This document shows positions 1 through 12,983 of a stretch of DNA of 64,000 nt, piece after piece. Within the stretch, counting starts at the first letter, position 1. The number at the start of each line of letters is the position of its first letter. The position numbers and the translations under genes are program-made. The notes under the pieces are model-generated. The model was not told the DNA's origin. It saw only the letters and a list, made by a program, of their open reading frames with translations, and did not search any database. This DNA comes from Octopus sinensis (Eukaryota), in contig NC_043022.1 of the NCBI RefSeq assembly GCF_006345805.1, positions 1,984,001 through 2,048,000 on the forward strand. Direction: 5' to 3'.

Positions 1-617
1 TTATATGCACACACACGTATATACCTATATATATATGCATATATCATACATATTTTTATATACACACACAGACAAACATCTATATATATGCACATATCAC
101 ACACATGCATGCGTGCACGCACACACACAACAATCTATAATCTATTCATCTACTGATGATAATCCAGTAATAATTACACCTGAGATATGCTAAACTTGCA
201 AATATATTGAAATTGCACTGGCTGACCACTGCTAATTTCATATGATGACCACTGTAATTGTACTTTAAAAAAACCGTGTTGGAGATTTACGGAGGTCACA
301 TCCTCTTCTACCCCCACCCTCCCCCATCCTCTATGGCTACTACATTAGAAGAATATCTTCCTCAAAGAACAAAGAACCCATAAAACTGCATAAAACCTAA
401 CCAAGGGGTTACTCCCCAGTGTTACTTCCTAACTGTGCTCTGCAACCTTTTCAAAATTTTGTGGTACACATGGACTCAAAGCATAACTAAAAGTATAGGG
501 AAAAAAAATTATATTCAAGTTACACTGTGGCACACGTAGCTTTGTCACAACAGTGTGCTATGGCACTGCTCTACAAGTTAAAATATCATAGGCTGCTGTG
601 TGACAGTTCAGGCATAT

Positions 618-764
618 TTTGTGTTCTCCATTGCCGAACCGCTAAGTTACAGGGATGTAAACACACCAACATCGGTTGTCAAGCGATGGTAGGGGGACAA
701 ACACACACACACACAAATACATACATACATATACATACACACATATTTTTATATATATATTTAC

Positions 765-799
<35 letters not shown>

Positions 800-963
800 A
801 ATGATGGGCTTCTTTCAGTTTCCATCTACCAAACCCATTCACAAAGATTTGGTTGGCACGAGGCTATAATAGAAGACAGTTGCCCAAGGTGCCAAGCATT
901 GGCACTGAACCCGGAACCATGTGGTTGGGAAGCAAGCTTCTTACCACACAGCCACTTCTGCAC
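618..963 (-). mobile_element. Family A tRNA-derived SINE, 3'-truncated
   Basis: Reverse complement of head GTGGCTGTGTGGTAAGAAGCTTGCTTCCCAACCACATGGTTCCGGGTTCAGT; central TA/CA microsatellite; matches about 16 other copies in the window. Confidence 0.85.
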
Positions 964-1049
964 CTATATATGTATGTATAACATATATATAAATATATAT
1001 ATATATGTGTGTGTGTGTGTATGTGTATGTGTGTGTGTGTGTGTGAGCG

Positions 1050-1310
1050 TGTGTATATTTGTGTGTCTGTGTTTGTCTCCCCCACCATCACTTGACAACT
1101 GATGTTGGTGTGTTTACATCCCCGTAACTTAGCAATTCTTGACAACCGATGCTGGTGTGTTTATGTCCCCGTTACTTAGTGGTTCGGCAAAAGAGACCGA
1201 TAGAATAAGTACTGGGCTTACAAAAGAATAAGTCCCGGGGTCGAGTTGCTCGATTAAAGGCGGTGCTCCAGCATGGCCACAGTCAAATGACTGAAACAAG
1301 TAAAAGAGTA
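1050..1310 (+). mobile_element. Family A SINE, 3' half with small internal duplication
   Basis: TGTTTGTC...GTGCTCCAGCATGGCCACAGTCAAATGACTGAAACAAGTAAAAGAGTA tail shared with other copies. Confidence 0.85.
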
Positions 1311-1574
1311 TAGACACACACGTAATTAACAGTGGAATCGTCAAACAAGACCCGAACGAAGTAGGTTCCTGGGCTCGTTAATACTACTGTCGGATGACTT
1401 GACTCTGAGAGGCCACAGTGACATATCTTTCATATAATTGCCGTGCGGGTGACGGTGTGAGTGGGGCTTTTCTTTGATGAAACCTCGTTTAAGTCTCTCT
1501 GTTAAATGCCATAATTTTCACTCCCCCACATTTCTCCAACTCTCTCATTTGACATGCTCCTCTCCCCCCATCTC

Positions 1575-1786
1575 CATATGAATATATATATACACACACA
1601 CACATATATATATATATACATATATATACACACACATGTATATAAACATATATAATATATATATATATATATGTACTCACATCTTTTATATATATGCGTG
1701 CGTGTGTAAATACATATATATATATATGAGCAATACATATATGTATATATATATATATATGTATATATATAGGTAATATATATATG

Positions 1787-1817
<31 letters not shown>

Positions 1818-1915
1818 GTATATATATGTATATATATATGTATATGTATATATATTTATATGTATATATTGTATATGTATATATATAGATATATATGTAT
1901 ATGATATATATTATG

Positions 1916-1978
<63 letters not shown>

Positions 1979-2078
1979 GTGTATATATATATATGTATGT
2001 ATATATATATATATGTATGTATATATATATGTATGTATGTATATATATATATATGTATGTATGCATGTACATACATGT
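1575..2078. repeat. (TA)n/(TATG)n compound microsatellite
   Basis: Seen directly. Confidence 0.95.
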
Positions 2079-2467
2079 AATTTGAAGGACATTATCACGT
2101 AAGTATACATACGTAAGCCATGACTCTGTCTCCTAAGTGAAAGTCATTAAAAGTGAAGGATGCACTCAAGAATCTTACCGAAAACAACAACAACCACAAC
2201 AAGAACAACAACAACAACATTAATGAGGATTTCGTTATTTCATCATCAGAGCAATATCATTCGATACCATGGTGATGTTACAATGCGAAGCAACGTGTGG
2301 TACCTACACATCATCATCATCACCATCCTTTTCATTATCTTTTTATATCACTCACTTTTCCATCCTCGCATGGGTCAGATGAAATTTGTGGAAGCAGATG
2401 ATTTCCTATAGTCGGATGCCTTTCCAGTCACCAACATTCACCTGTTCCCGAGTGAGGTAATATTACC

Positions 2468-5240
2468 TATTTCTTTACTACCCACAAGGGGCTAAACACA
2501 GAGGGGACAAACAAGGACAGACGTAGGTATTAAGTCGATTACATCGACCCCAGTGCGTAACTGGTACTTAATTTATCAACCCACAAGGGGCTAAACACAG
2601 AGGGGACAAACAAGGACAGACATAGGTATTAAGTCGATTACATCAACCCCAGTGCGTAACTGGTACTTAATTTATCGACCCACAAGGGGCTAAACACAGA
2701 GAGGACAAACAAGGACAGACGTAGGTATTAAGTCGATTACATCGACCCTAGTGCGTAACTGGTACTTAATTTATCGACCCACAAGGGGCTAAACACAGAA
2801 GGGACAAACAAGGACAGACATAGGTATTAAGTCGATTACATCGACCCCAGTGCGTAACTGGTACTTATTTATCAACCCACAAGGGGCTAAACACAGAGGG
2901 GACAACAAGGACAGGACATAGGTATTAAGTTGATTACATTGACCCCAGTGCGTAACTGGTACTTAATTTATCAACCCACAAGGGGCTAAACACAGAGGGG
3001 ACAAACAAGGACAGACATGGGTATAAGTCGATTACATCAACCCCAGTGTGTAACTGTAATTAATTTTATCGACCCACAAGGGGCTTAACACAGAGGGGAC
3101 AACAAGGACAGACATAGGTATTAATCGATTACATCGACCCCAGTGCGTAACTGGTTACTTAATTTATCGACCCACAAGGGGCTAAACAAGGACAGAACAT
3201 AGGTATTAAGTCGATTACATCGACCCCAGTGCGTAACTGGTACTTAATTTATCGACCCACAAGGGGCTAAAACACAGAGAGGACAAACAAGGAAGGACAG
3301 ACGTGGTATTAGTCGATTACATCGACCCTAGTGCGTAACTGGTACTTAATTTATCGACCCACAAGGGGCTAAACACAGAAGGGACAAACAAGGACAGACA
3401 TAGTATTAAGTCGATTACATCGACTCCAGTGCGTAACTGGTACTTAATTATTCAACCACAAGGGGCTAAACACAGAGGGGACAAACAAGGACAGACATAG
3501 GTATTAAGTTGATTACATTGACCCCAGTGCGTAACTGGTACTTAATTTATCAACCCACAAGGGGCTAAACACAGAGGGGACAAACAAGGACAGACATAGG
3601 TATTAAGTCGATTACATCAACCCCAGTGTGTAACTGGTACTTAATTTATCGACCCACAAGGGGCTAAACACAGAGGGGACAAACAAGGACAGACATAGGT
3701 ATTAAGTCGATTACATCGACCCCAGTGCGTAACTGGTACTTAATTTATCGACCCACAAGGGGCTAAACAAGGACAGACATAGGTATTAAGTCGATTACAT
3801 CGACCCCAGTGCGTAATTGGTACTTAATTTATCGACCCACAAGGGGCTAAACACAGAGGGGACAAACAAGGACAGACATAGGTATTAAGTCGATTACATC
3901 AACCCCAGTGCGTAACTGGTACTTAATTTATCGACCCACAAGGGGCTAAACACAGAGGGGACAAACAAGGACAGACATAGGTATTAAGTCGATTACATCG
4001 ACCCCAGTGCGTAATTGATGCTTAATTTATCGACCCACAAGGGGCTAAACACAGAGGGGACAAACAAGGACAGACATAGTTTAATTTCGATTACATCACA
4101 ACCCCAGTGCGTAACTGGTACTTAATTTATCGACCCACAAGGGGCTAAACACAGAGGGGACAAACAAGGACAGACATAGGTATTAAGTCGATTACACAAT
4201 CACACCAGTGCGTAACTGGTACTTAATTTATCGACCCACAAGGGGCTAAACACAGAGGGGACAAACAAGGACAGACACAGGTATAAGTCAATTACATCAA
4301 CCCCAGTGCGTACTGGTCCTTAATTTATCGACCCACAAGGGGCTAAACACAGAGGGGACAACAAGGACAGACATAGGTATTAAGTCGATACATCAACCCC
4401 AGTGCGTAACTGGTGCTTAATTTATCGACCCACAAGGGGCTAAACACAGAGGGGACAAACAAGGACAGACGTAGGTATTAAGTCGATTACATCGACCCTA
4501 GTGCGTAACTGGTACTTAATTTATCGACCCACAAAGGGCTAAACACAGAAGGGACAAACAAGGACAGACATAGGTATTAAGTCGATTACATCGACCCCAG
4601 TGCGTAACTGGTACTTAATTTATCAACCCACAAGGGGCTAAACACAGAGGGGACAAACAAGGACAGACATAGGTATTAAGTTGATTACATTGACCCCAGT
4701 GCGTAACTGGTACTTAATTTATCAACCCACAAGGGGCTAAACACAGAGGGGACAAACAAGGACAGAACTAGGTATTATTGATTACTATTGCCCCAGTGCG
4801 TAACTGGTACTTAATTTATCAACCCACAAGGGGCTAAACACAGAGAGGACAAACAAGGACAGACATAGGTATTAAGTCGATTACATCAACCCCAGTGCGT
4901 AACTGGTACTTAATTTATCGACCCACAAGGGGCTAAACACAGAGGGGACAAACAAGGACAGACATAGGTATTAAGTCGATTACATCGACCCCAGTGCGTA
5001 ATTGGTACTTAATTTATCGACCCACAAGGGGCTAAACACAGAGGGGACAAACAAGGACAGACATAGGTATTAAGTCGATTACATCGACCGCAGTGCGTAA
5101 CTGGTACTTAATTTATCGACCCCGAAAGGATGAAAGGCAAAGTCGACCTCGGCGGAATTTGAACTCACAACGTAACGGCAGACGAAATACCGCTAAGCAT
5201 TTCGCCCGGCGTGCTAACGTTTCTGCCAGCTCGCCGCCTT
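2468..5240 (-). mobile_element. Family B SINE whose 3' 99 bp is amplified into about 27 tandem copies
   Basis: Single head at 5120-5240 (revcomp AAGGCGGCGAGCTGGCAGAAACGTTAGCACGCCGGG); monomer starts at 2481, 2580, 2679 (period 99); GTAATATTACC at 2457-2467 and 5245-5255. Confidence 0.92.
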
Positions 5241-5446
5241 TTGTGTAATATTACCAACACCTCACCCCACCCCACCAGGACCAGACACGTTCTCACAGAA
5301 TGTTGGAAATGTGTGACACTGCCAGTGTGACAGTGACACTCGTCTACGACAATCACATGATGTCAACATGAGACACAAACACATATACGCATGCACACAC
5401 ACACATGCACATACACATGTGTGCACACACACACACACACATATAT

Positions 5447-5826
5447 CTTTTATCTTTTACTGGTTTCAGTCATTAGACCACGACCATGCTGGAACAGTGC
5501 CTTGAAGCAATTTTAATCAAACGAATCCACCCCTGCATTTATTTATTTTTTCCTTGAAGTTTGGTACTTATTCTATCAGTTTCTTTTACTGAACTGCTAA
5601 GTCATAGGGCCATAAACAAACTAACACCAGTTGTGAAGTGGTAGTGGTGGGGAACAAACAGATATAAAGATATACGCACATATACACATACAAGGGGCTT
5701 CTTCAGTTTTAGTCTACCAAATTCATTCAGAGGACTTTGGTCAGCCCAGGGCTGTAGTAAGACACTTGATCAAGGTGCCATGCATTGGGACTGAATCCAG
5801 AACCATGCAGTTGGGAAACAAACTTC
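5447..5826 (-). mobile_element. Family A SINE, diverged subfamily
   Basis: TTTCAGTCATTAGACC...GGGACTGAATCCAGAACCATG similarity to other A copies. Confidence 0.75.
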
Positions 5827-5844
5827 TTAATCTTAACCGGACAG

Positions 5845-6078
5845 CTCCCACCCCTGGGGTAGCTGATTGCATCAACCCCAGTACTTGATTGGTTCTTTAT
5901 TTAATTGGCCCTGGAAGGATGAAAAGCAAATTTGACCCTTGTAGGATTTGAACTCTGACCTAAGACCATTCAAATAATTCTGTAGGCCCCAAAACAAGGG
6001 ATATGAGAAGAAGCAAGATCTGGAGAATACTGCTTAGCATTTTGCTTGGTGCGCTAACGATCCTACCAGCTTGCTGCC

Positions 6079-6080
<2 letters not shown>
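5845..6080 (-). mobile_element. Family B SINE, diverged
   Basis: GGATGAAAAGCAAATTTGACC...GCTAACGATCCTACCAGCTTGCTGCCTT. Confidence 0.7.
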
Positions 6081-6135
<55 letters not shown>

Positions 6136-6149
6136 TAATAATAATAAAT

Positions 6150-6708
6150 GCCCTGATGCAGTACCAAGCAGTTGTTCTCATGGCTTCTGATTTTAACTGG
6201 TGTTATCATGTACATTGTTTTGTCTTGGTATAAAAGATTGTCTACAGCAAATATTCTGCTCAATACCACAGATTTGTTTGTCAGTTGTTTGACCTTAACC
6301 AGTTGAGCATGTCCCTCAGTGGCTGACGATATGTGCATCTCTGATCACGAGCAGAAGTAGTGGGAGAGCATCATAGCCATGTGTTGAGAGGGATTCTTTA
6401 GGGTTTGAATAATTCACCTCTAGAAACATGGGTGGTTCTTTCAACATCCTTAAACAACCCTTATTCAGGGACCTTTTGAGTGGGATGGGTTACTTGACCA
6501 GAAGAAAATTCTAACTGGGCCCCACCTGCAATGTCATGCACTGTTTATCTTGATATGAGATTACCATGTTGCGCACATACAGTTGTGATGCATGTGACTA
6601 GTGTACCCTTATCAGACGGGTTGTCATGATGGGTATACTGGGCATTGTATATTTTACCCCTGTGTCACTTTGATGGCATGCACTGCTCTCTCACTCAATA
6701 ATAATAAT
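6150..6708 (+). mobile_element. Family F ~555 bp non-coding element embedded in (TAA)n
   Basis: GCCCTGATGCAGTACC...CTCTCTCACTC(AAT)n; second copy at 39301-39852 in reverse with the same ends. Confidence 0.8.
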
Positions 6709-7053
6709 GTATAAATCACACAACCCATATTTTACACCATAACCACCAAATAATTTAACTCTAACCGAATAATCCACATAAACATCAAACAATAAAGTAA
6801 CACTCCCTTATATAAGACACCCTTTACTATAACACAATCCCATCAACCAACACCACTAACAACAACAGCCTGCACAACTCATATTTTAAATGATTGATTG
6901 CTGTGCAATCATATTACACAATCCAAACAGAGAAAGCACGTGCCCTCGCACAATCACCAATCAGACACAACCCACATCACAAACAGATGGAACATCAAAG
7001 TAACACCAGAAGCAACACAGCAAACCCCACTTAACAAAATAAAAAAGGATGCA

Positions 7054-7054
<1 letters not shown>

Positions 7055-7086
<32 letters not shown>

Positions 7087-7110
7087 AGTGTGTGTGTGTA
7101 TATATATCTG

Positions 7111-7151
<41 letters not shown>

Positions 7152-7197
7152 GTATGTATATATAATATATATATATATCTGTATGTATATATATATA

Positions 7198-7255
<58 letters not shown>

Positions 7256-7273
7256 ATATATATATATGTATAT

Positions 7274-7320
<47 letters not shown>

Positions 7321-7370
7321 TACATATGTATATATATATATATATGCATATATATATGTATATTATATAC
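7055..7370. repeat. (TG)n/(TA)n microsatellite
   Basis: Seen directly. Confidence 0.95.
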
Positions 7371-7454
7371 ACAGTTCTATATTCTACATATAGCAATACT
7401 GTTCACACCCCTCAGGAACATAGGGGTGCACCACACATGAAGCTGCTAAAAGCA

Positions 7455-7457
7455 TGG

Positions 7458-7489
<32 letters not shown>

Positions 7490-8340
7490 CCGATGACGAC
7501 AGCAATGATGCTAATGATGACTACAAAAGTGATTATGATGGTGATGACAGTGATGACGATGAGGATGAGGATGCTGAGCTTGATGGTGACGACAATGGTG
7601 CTCAAGTGCCCCATGAGTGGCCAATCTAATCAGCGTCTAAGGATGCTGTCAATAACACGAAGATTAGACATCGTTATTTTGAATTCATGTCGTAATTAAT
7701 ATAAACCCCACAGCCATAGCATTCCATGCCACACCCAACCCCTTTACACCTCTTTCACCGCACCACACCATTCCATACCATACCATTCCATTCTGTTCCA
7801 CACCAGATGGCGACACCATGCTGCAGCTGTTCCTCACATCCATAACTCTGTCGACGTTCAATATTCATCAATGATCAAATAAGTAAAAGTAGGGATTTAT
7901 CTAACACCACTCTTGCTGTCATCGTCATCATCATCATCATCACTATCATTTTCATCATAATTGTTGTTGTCGTCATCATCATCACCATCGTCACCTTCCT
8001 CCTCCTTCTCCTCCTCAACTTCATCGTCACCATCATCATTGTCATCATTTTCATCATTGTTATCAGTGTCATCATCATAACCATCGACATCCTCCTCCTC
8101 TTCAACTTCATCAATGTTATCAGTGTCATCATCATCACCATCGTCATCCTCCTCTTCCTCCTCCTTCTCCTCAACTTCATTACCATGATGATGACGATGA
8201 TCATCATCATCACCATCGTCCTACTCCTTCTCCTCCTCTTCCGCCTCATTATCATCACCATCACCACCACTATCATCTCTGTTGCCATCATCATCATCGT
8301 CGCCATCCTCCTCCTCCTCAACAACAACAACAACACCAGG
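7455..8340. repeat. (GAT)n and (CAT/CCT)n trinucleotide tracts (7455-7595, 7915-8340)
   Basis: Seen directly; explains poly-Met/Ile ORFs. Confidence 0.9.
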
Positions 8341-8947
8341 GTATCTCCACCCATTAAGAAACTCCAAACCGTTTATTCATTCATCAATGAAACTGGGCCA
8401 CTGACTCACAACTGAAATGGAGAAACTGATTCATGTAAAAAAAGAAAAAAAGATTAAAAAACCCCAGATAAGTAAACCGTTCACACCTCTGTTTCCTCTC
8501 CACAGCAGCAGTAGCACCGCAACCATCATGATCAAAATTGCCATCTCTATCACACCCACAACTTATAAATTACAACAGGGTAGTCTACACAGCCACAGCA
8601 GGAAATGTATCAGGACATGAAATATAAAAGCCGGACTAGACTACTTTATGCGCAACTCCATTGTCTCCCGAGACAGAAAGGATGCCAACCAACCAACCAA
8701 GTCCCTATGCAATCGTTCAACCTACTAGAAATAGCAGCAAAATCTCCAGCAAATTACACAGTGCTTTCATGGAAAAGGAATGACACGCAGGGTGTTGGTC
8801 CTTATTCATGACTACTTAAGGGAGCCTCTATGCTAGTGCTTCCAACTAGGGTTCCACAGACCTTTGGGAGTCAATCAGTAATAATGGTAAGGATATTTTT
8901 ACACTGGCATAGATATCAATTCTTTTATAAGACTTAATACTTAATTT

Positions 8948-9490
8948 AAGGTGGTGAGCTGGCAGAAATGTTAGCATGTCGGGCGAAATGCTTAGTGGTA
9001 TTTCGTCTGTCTTTACATTCTGAGTTTATCCTTTTGGGGTCGATAAATGAAGTACCAGTTGCACACTGGGGTCAATCTAATCAACTGGCCCCCTCTCCAA
9101 AAATTTTGGGCCTTGTGCCTAGAGTAGAAAAGAATATTTTTTCATTCTAAGGTGGCGAGCTGGCAGAAACGTTAGCACACTGGGCGAAATGCTTAGCAAA
9201 ATTTCGTCTGTCTTTATGTTCTGAGTTCAAATTCTGCCGAGGTCGACTTTGCCTTTCATCCTTTTGGGGGTCAATAAAATACCAGTTGATCTAAATGACT
9301 GGACACCTCCCCAATAATTTCAGGCCTTGTGTCTGGAGTAGAAAAGAATATTTGGTACTTAAGTTATCGACCCTGAACAGATAAAAGGCAAAGTTGACCC
9401 AGTTGGAATTTGAACTCAGAGTGCAAGTGCAGGTGAAATATTGCAAAGTATTTCGTCTGGCTTGCTAACAACTTTGCCAGCTCACTGCAT
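8948..9490. mobile_element. Cluster of three family B SINEs (8948-9140 +, 9149-9352 +, 9354-9490 -)
   Basis: Two AAGGTGG(C/T)GAGCTGGCAGAAA heads and one reverse-complement head; CTTTCATCCTTTTGGGG core. Confidence 0.8.
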
Positions 9491-9849
9491 CAATATGGCT
9501 ATGATATTAGAAGTGGGAGTATTTCTGTTTCAAAGTTTTTGAGAGGTAATTTACAGGTGAAAAGCTTGATAATAAATTTTACCAAAATAAAGGGAGTCCA
9601 GATCTTTTTCATAAACTCATCAGAAAAGAAAAAAAATCAGACAACTACATGACTTTTGATAGAATTTCAAGGAGTTTTGTTGATTTATTTTGAATATACT
9701 AGTTGAGCAGTTGTAGGTGTGGCATAAACCCTTTTGCATGAAGGATTGGGGTGGAACTGAAGATGAGGTATTGCCAATGTTTCAAAGGGTTTGCACAAAA
9801 AAAAAACCCACTTATTGAAATGAGCTAATCAAATCTGACACTGCTTATA

Positions 9850-10873
9850 TTAACCCTTTTATTACCGTATTTATTTTGAGATGCTCTCTGTTTCTTTCAA
9901 TTAATTTTGAATATAACAAAGAATTTAGTAAAATAACTTCACTATCATTAAGCTAGTGTTAGGAACATAAAAAGGGTATATTTGCAGATTTTGTTTCACA
10001 CAGATGTTCGACTTCAGTCAAATTGAAAACACATTTGACTGACTGTCTTTAACCCTTTTGTTACCATATTTCTGTTGAGATATTCTGTGTTTCTTTCAAT
10101 TAATTTTAAATAAAACAAAGAATTTAGTAAAATAACTTTGTTATCATTAAGCTGGAGTTAGGAACATAAATTGTGACTAAGGTTTGGTGGAAGATTTTAA
10201 TTCAGAACTTTTGAAAACAAGACATTTGTACTACAGAGCTAGAAATGGTTTCAGCTAGGTTGGTATTGAAAGGGTTAATTTGTAGATTTTGTTTCAAATA
10301 GTTGTTTGACTTGTTAGAAATAGCAGCCAAATCTCGTGAAAATTGAAGACACATTTGACTGACTGTCTTTAGCCCTTTTCTTACCATATTTCTGTTGAGA
10401 TGCTCTGTGTTTCTTTCAATTAATTTAAAATATAAAGAATTTAGTAAAATAACTTGGTTATCATTAAGCTAGTGTTAGGAACATAAATTGTGACTAAGGT
10501 TTGGTGGAAGATTTTAATTCAGAACTTTTGAAAACAAGACATTTGTACTACAGAGCTAGAAATGGTTTCAGCTAGGTTGGTATCAAAGGGGTTAATTTGC
10601 AGATTTTGTTTCATTTGTTAGAAATAGCAGCCAAATCTTGTGCAAATTGAAGACACTTTTGACTGACTGTCTTAAACCCTTTTGTTACCATATTTCTGTT
10701 GAGATGCTCTGTTTCTTTCAATTAAACAAAGAATTTAGTAAAATAACTTAGTTGTCATTAAGCTAGTGTTAGGAACATAAATTGTGACTAAGGTTTGGTG
10801 GAAGATTTTAATTCAAAACTTATGAAAACAGAGTCAGAGGCAGTTTCAGCTGGGTTGGTAACGAAAGGGTTAA
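9850..10873 (+). mobile_element. Tandem array of four TTAA-bounded MITE units (piggyBac-like termini) with a ~95 bp repeated spacer
   Basis: TTAACCCTTT...AAAGGGTTAA ends; unit starts at 9850, 10049, 10369, 10672; spacer ending GACTGACTGTC is repeated. Confidence 0.75.
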
Positions 10874-11157
10874 GGGGCAGTCTCAAAAATTGTTTTGCAC
10901 GCTAATCCTGGGATTCCTGTATATATTTTGGAAACATTTGCGTGTAACTACTCTCAAAACGGTGCATCATAGCGTAAAAACTATTTTCACTTTCAGACTC
11001 CCCATATCTCAAAGCATATAATACTACACTTTCCATGGAAAACGGGGGAGGGTGGAATACTTGGAAATCCAACGCACCCCCAACCTCTGTGAGTGGCATA
11101 TGTGCACTGCATGCCCTAGTTTGCTAGTCATCCTTCGCATTTCTTTATTTTTATATA

Positions 11158-11551
11158 GGTGCAGGAGTGGCTGTGTGGTAAGAAGCTTACTTCTCAACCA
11201 CATGGTTCCGGGTTCAGTTCCACTGTGTGGTACCTTGGGCAAGTGTCTCCTGCAATAGCTTTGAGCTGACCAAAGCCTTCTGAATGGATTTGGTAGATGG
11301 AAACTGAAAGAATCCCATCCTATATATATATATATATGTATATGTATTTGTGTGTCTGTGTTTGGCCCCCCCACTATTGCCTGACAACTGATGTTAATGT
11401 GTTTACGTACCTGTAACTTAGCGGTTCAAGAAAAGAGACTGATAGCATAAGTGCTAGGCTTATAAAGAATAAGTTCTGTGGTTGATTTATTCAACTAAAG
11501 GCATTGCTCCAGCATAGCCACAGTCAAATGACTGAAACAAGTAAAAGAATA
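11158..11551 (+). mobile_element. Family A SINE, full length
   Basis: GGTGCAGGAGTGGCTGTGTGGTAAG head to GAAACAAGTAAAAGAATA tail. Confidence 0.88.
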
Positions 11552-11789
11552 TCGATGAAAAGCCTAATTGGTCCCAGTGGGATTTGAACTCGGAACATAT
11601 TGGGAAGTGACTCCAGTATGGCCAACAGGTCTTGTCTAACCACTCCCCCGAACATTACAGGGTTACATCACTCAGAGTTTTATGGTATACGATTGGTGAT
11701 TGGAATTTACCTACGTTACGGTCATTCATCTAACATTAGTCAGAAGGATTGATTCAGATGTGTTTGGTACTTGTAACGGGTGTGGTGGT

Positions 11790-12640
11790 CACTACTTGGA
11801 AGTGTGTGTGTGTATGACGGTTTGAAAAGGGTGTGTTTGCAGCTGCTGGGAACTGTGTGTGTGTGTGAGTGTGTGAATGTGTGTCAATTTGTATGTTTAT
11901 GTGTGTGTGTGTGTGTGTGTGTGTTTGTGTGAGTGCATGTGTGAGAAGGTGTGTCAGTTACTGGAGAGCCGTGTGTATGTGTGTGCATGTTAGTGCATGT
12001 GTGTGTGTGTATGTGAGTGCATGTGTGTGTGTTTATGTGTGTGTGTGTGTGTGTGTGTGTGAGTGCATGTGTGAGAAGGTGTGTCAGTTACTGGAGAGTC
12101 GTGTGTGTGTTTATGTGAGTGCATGTGCATGTGTGTGTGTGATGATGACTGCTTGTAAAAGTGTTGGATATTGGGGAAATGAATGTGTGTGTCAGTTTGT
12201 ATGTGCTTGTGTGTGTGTGTGAAGATGACTGCTTGTAAAAGGTGTGTCAGACACTGGAGGGATGTGTGTGTGTGTGTGTGTTGACTGGGAAGATGATTGC
12301 TTAAAAAAGGTGTGTTTGGCCACAACTAGAAGAGGTGTGTGTGTGTATAGAGGGGACGTGATGGGGGATAACTGCTTATAATGGGTGTGTTGGCAGCCAA
12401 TACTTGAAAGAAATGTGAGAGAAATAACTCAAAGCTTAGAGAGATAGTGCTGAATAAAGTAGGTACTACTACTACTACTACTACTACTACTGCTGCCACC
12501 AACATCACCATCATCATTGTTGTTATTATCATCACTACTGCCACCGTCGTCGTCGTCATCATTATCATCATCATCATCATTGCCATCATCATAGTTGTCA
12601 CCACCACCACCACCACCATCACCACAACAACAACCTCTTC
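11790..12640. repeat. Degenerate (TG)n tract followed by (CTA/CAT/CAC)n tract
   Basis: Seen directly. Confidence 0.85.
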
Positions 12641-12983
12641 TACTGCTTCCATGGAAATCAGTACCTAATTCATAGACTGTGGGTGGACGGAAGACATGAT
12701 CATGCTTATAGGGGTCAACTTTACCGTTCATCCCTCTGGGATTGTTGATAGAATAAAGTGCCCCAGTCAAGTACTGGGGGAGGAGCAGGGATCAATAAAA
12801 CCAGTTACGAATGCCCCTTCCATCAAACTTTCCACAAAATGAATTTGTGGCCTTGTGTCCATGATAGAAATCTTTGGTGCTACTACTTGGTCCCATAAAT
12901 GTATTTCAAGAGAAATATGGCAACCAAAGGGTTAAAGTGATCCACCAAAGTTTCATGTCACTTTATATCCTGAATACTAGCTA

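Noticed and set aside
415-600. hAT-MITE-like motifs (GTGGCACAC, CAGTGTGCTATGGCAC)
   Set aside because: Too degraded; no paired termini or 8 bp TSD found
2248-2309. Short open segments on both strands (SNIIRYHGDVTMRSNVW; YHTLLRIVTSPW)
   Set aside because: Weak donors on both strands and a purine-rich acceptor on minus; cannot be supported
2481-5119. Possible CRISPR array (also E-module arrays at 46160-46500 and 47530-49110)
   Set aside because: Units are homologous along their whole length, there are no unique spacers or cas genes, and the context is eukaryotic
10874-11003. Possible Kolobok-like MITE (TTAA GGGGCAGTCT...AGACTCCCC)
   Set aside because: Imperfect 9-10 bp TIR, no right-hand TTAA, single copy
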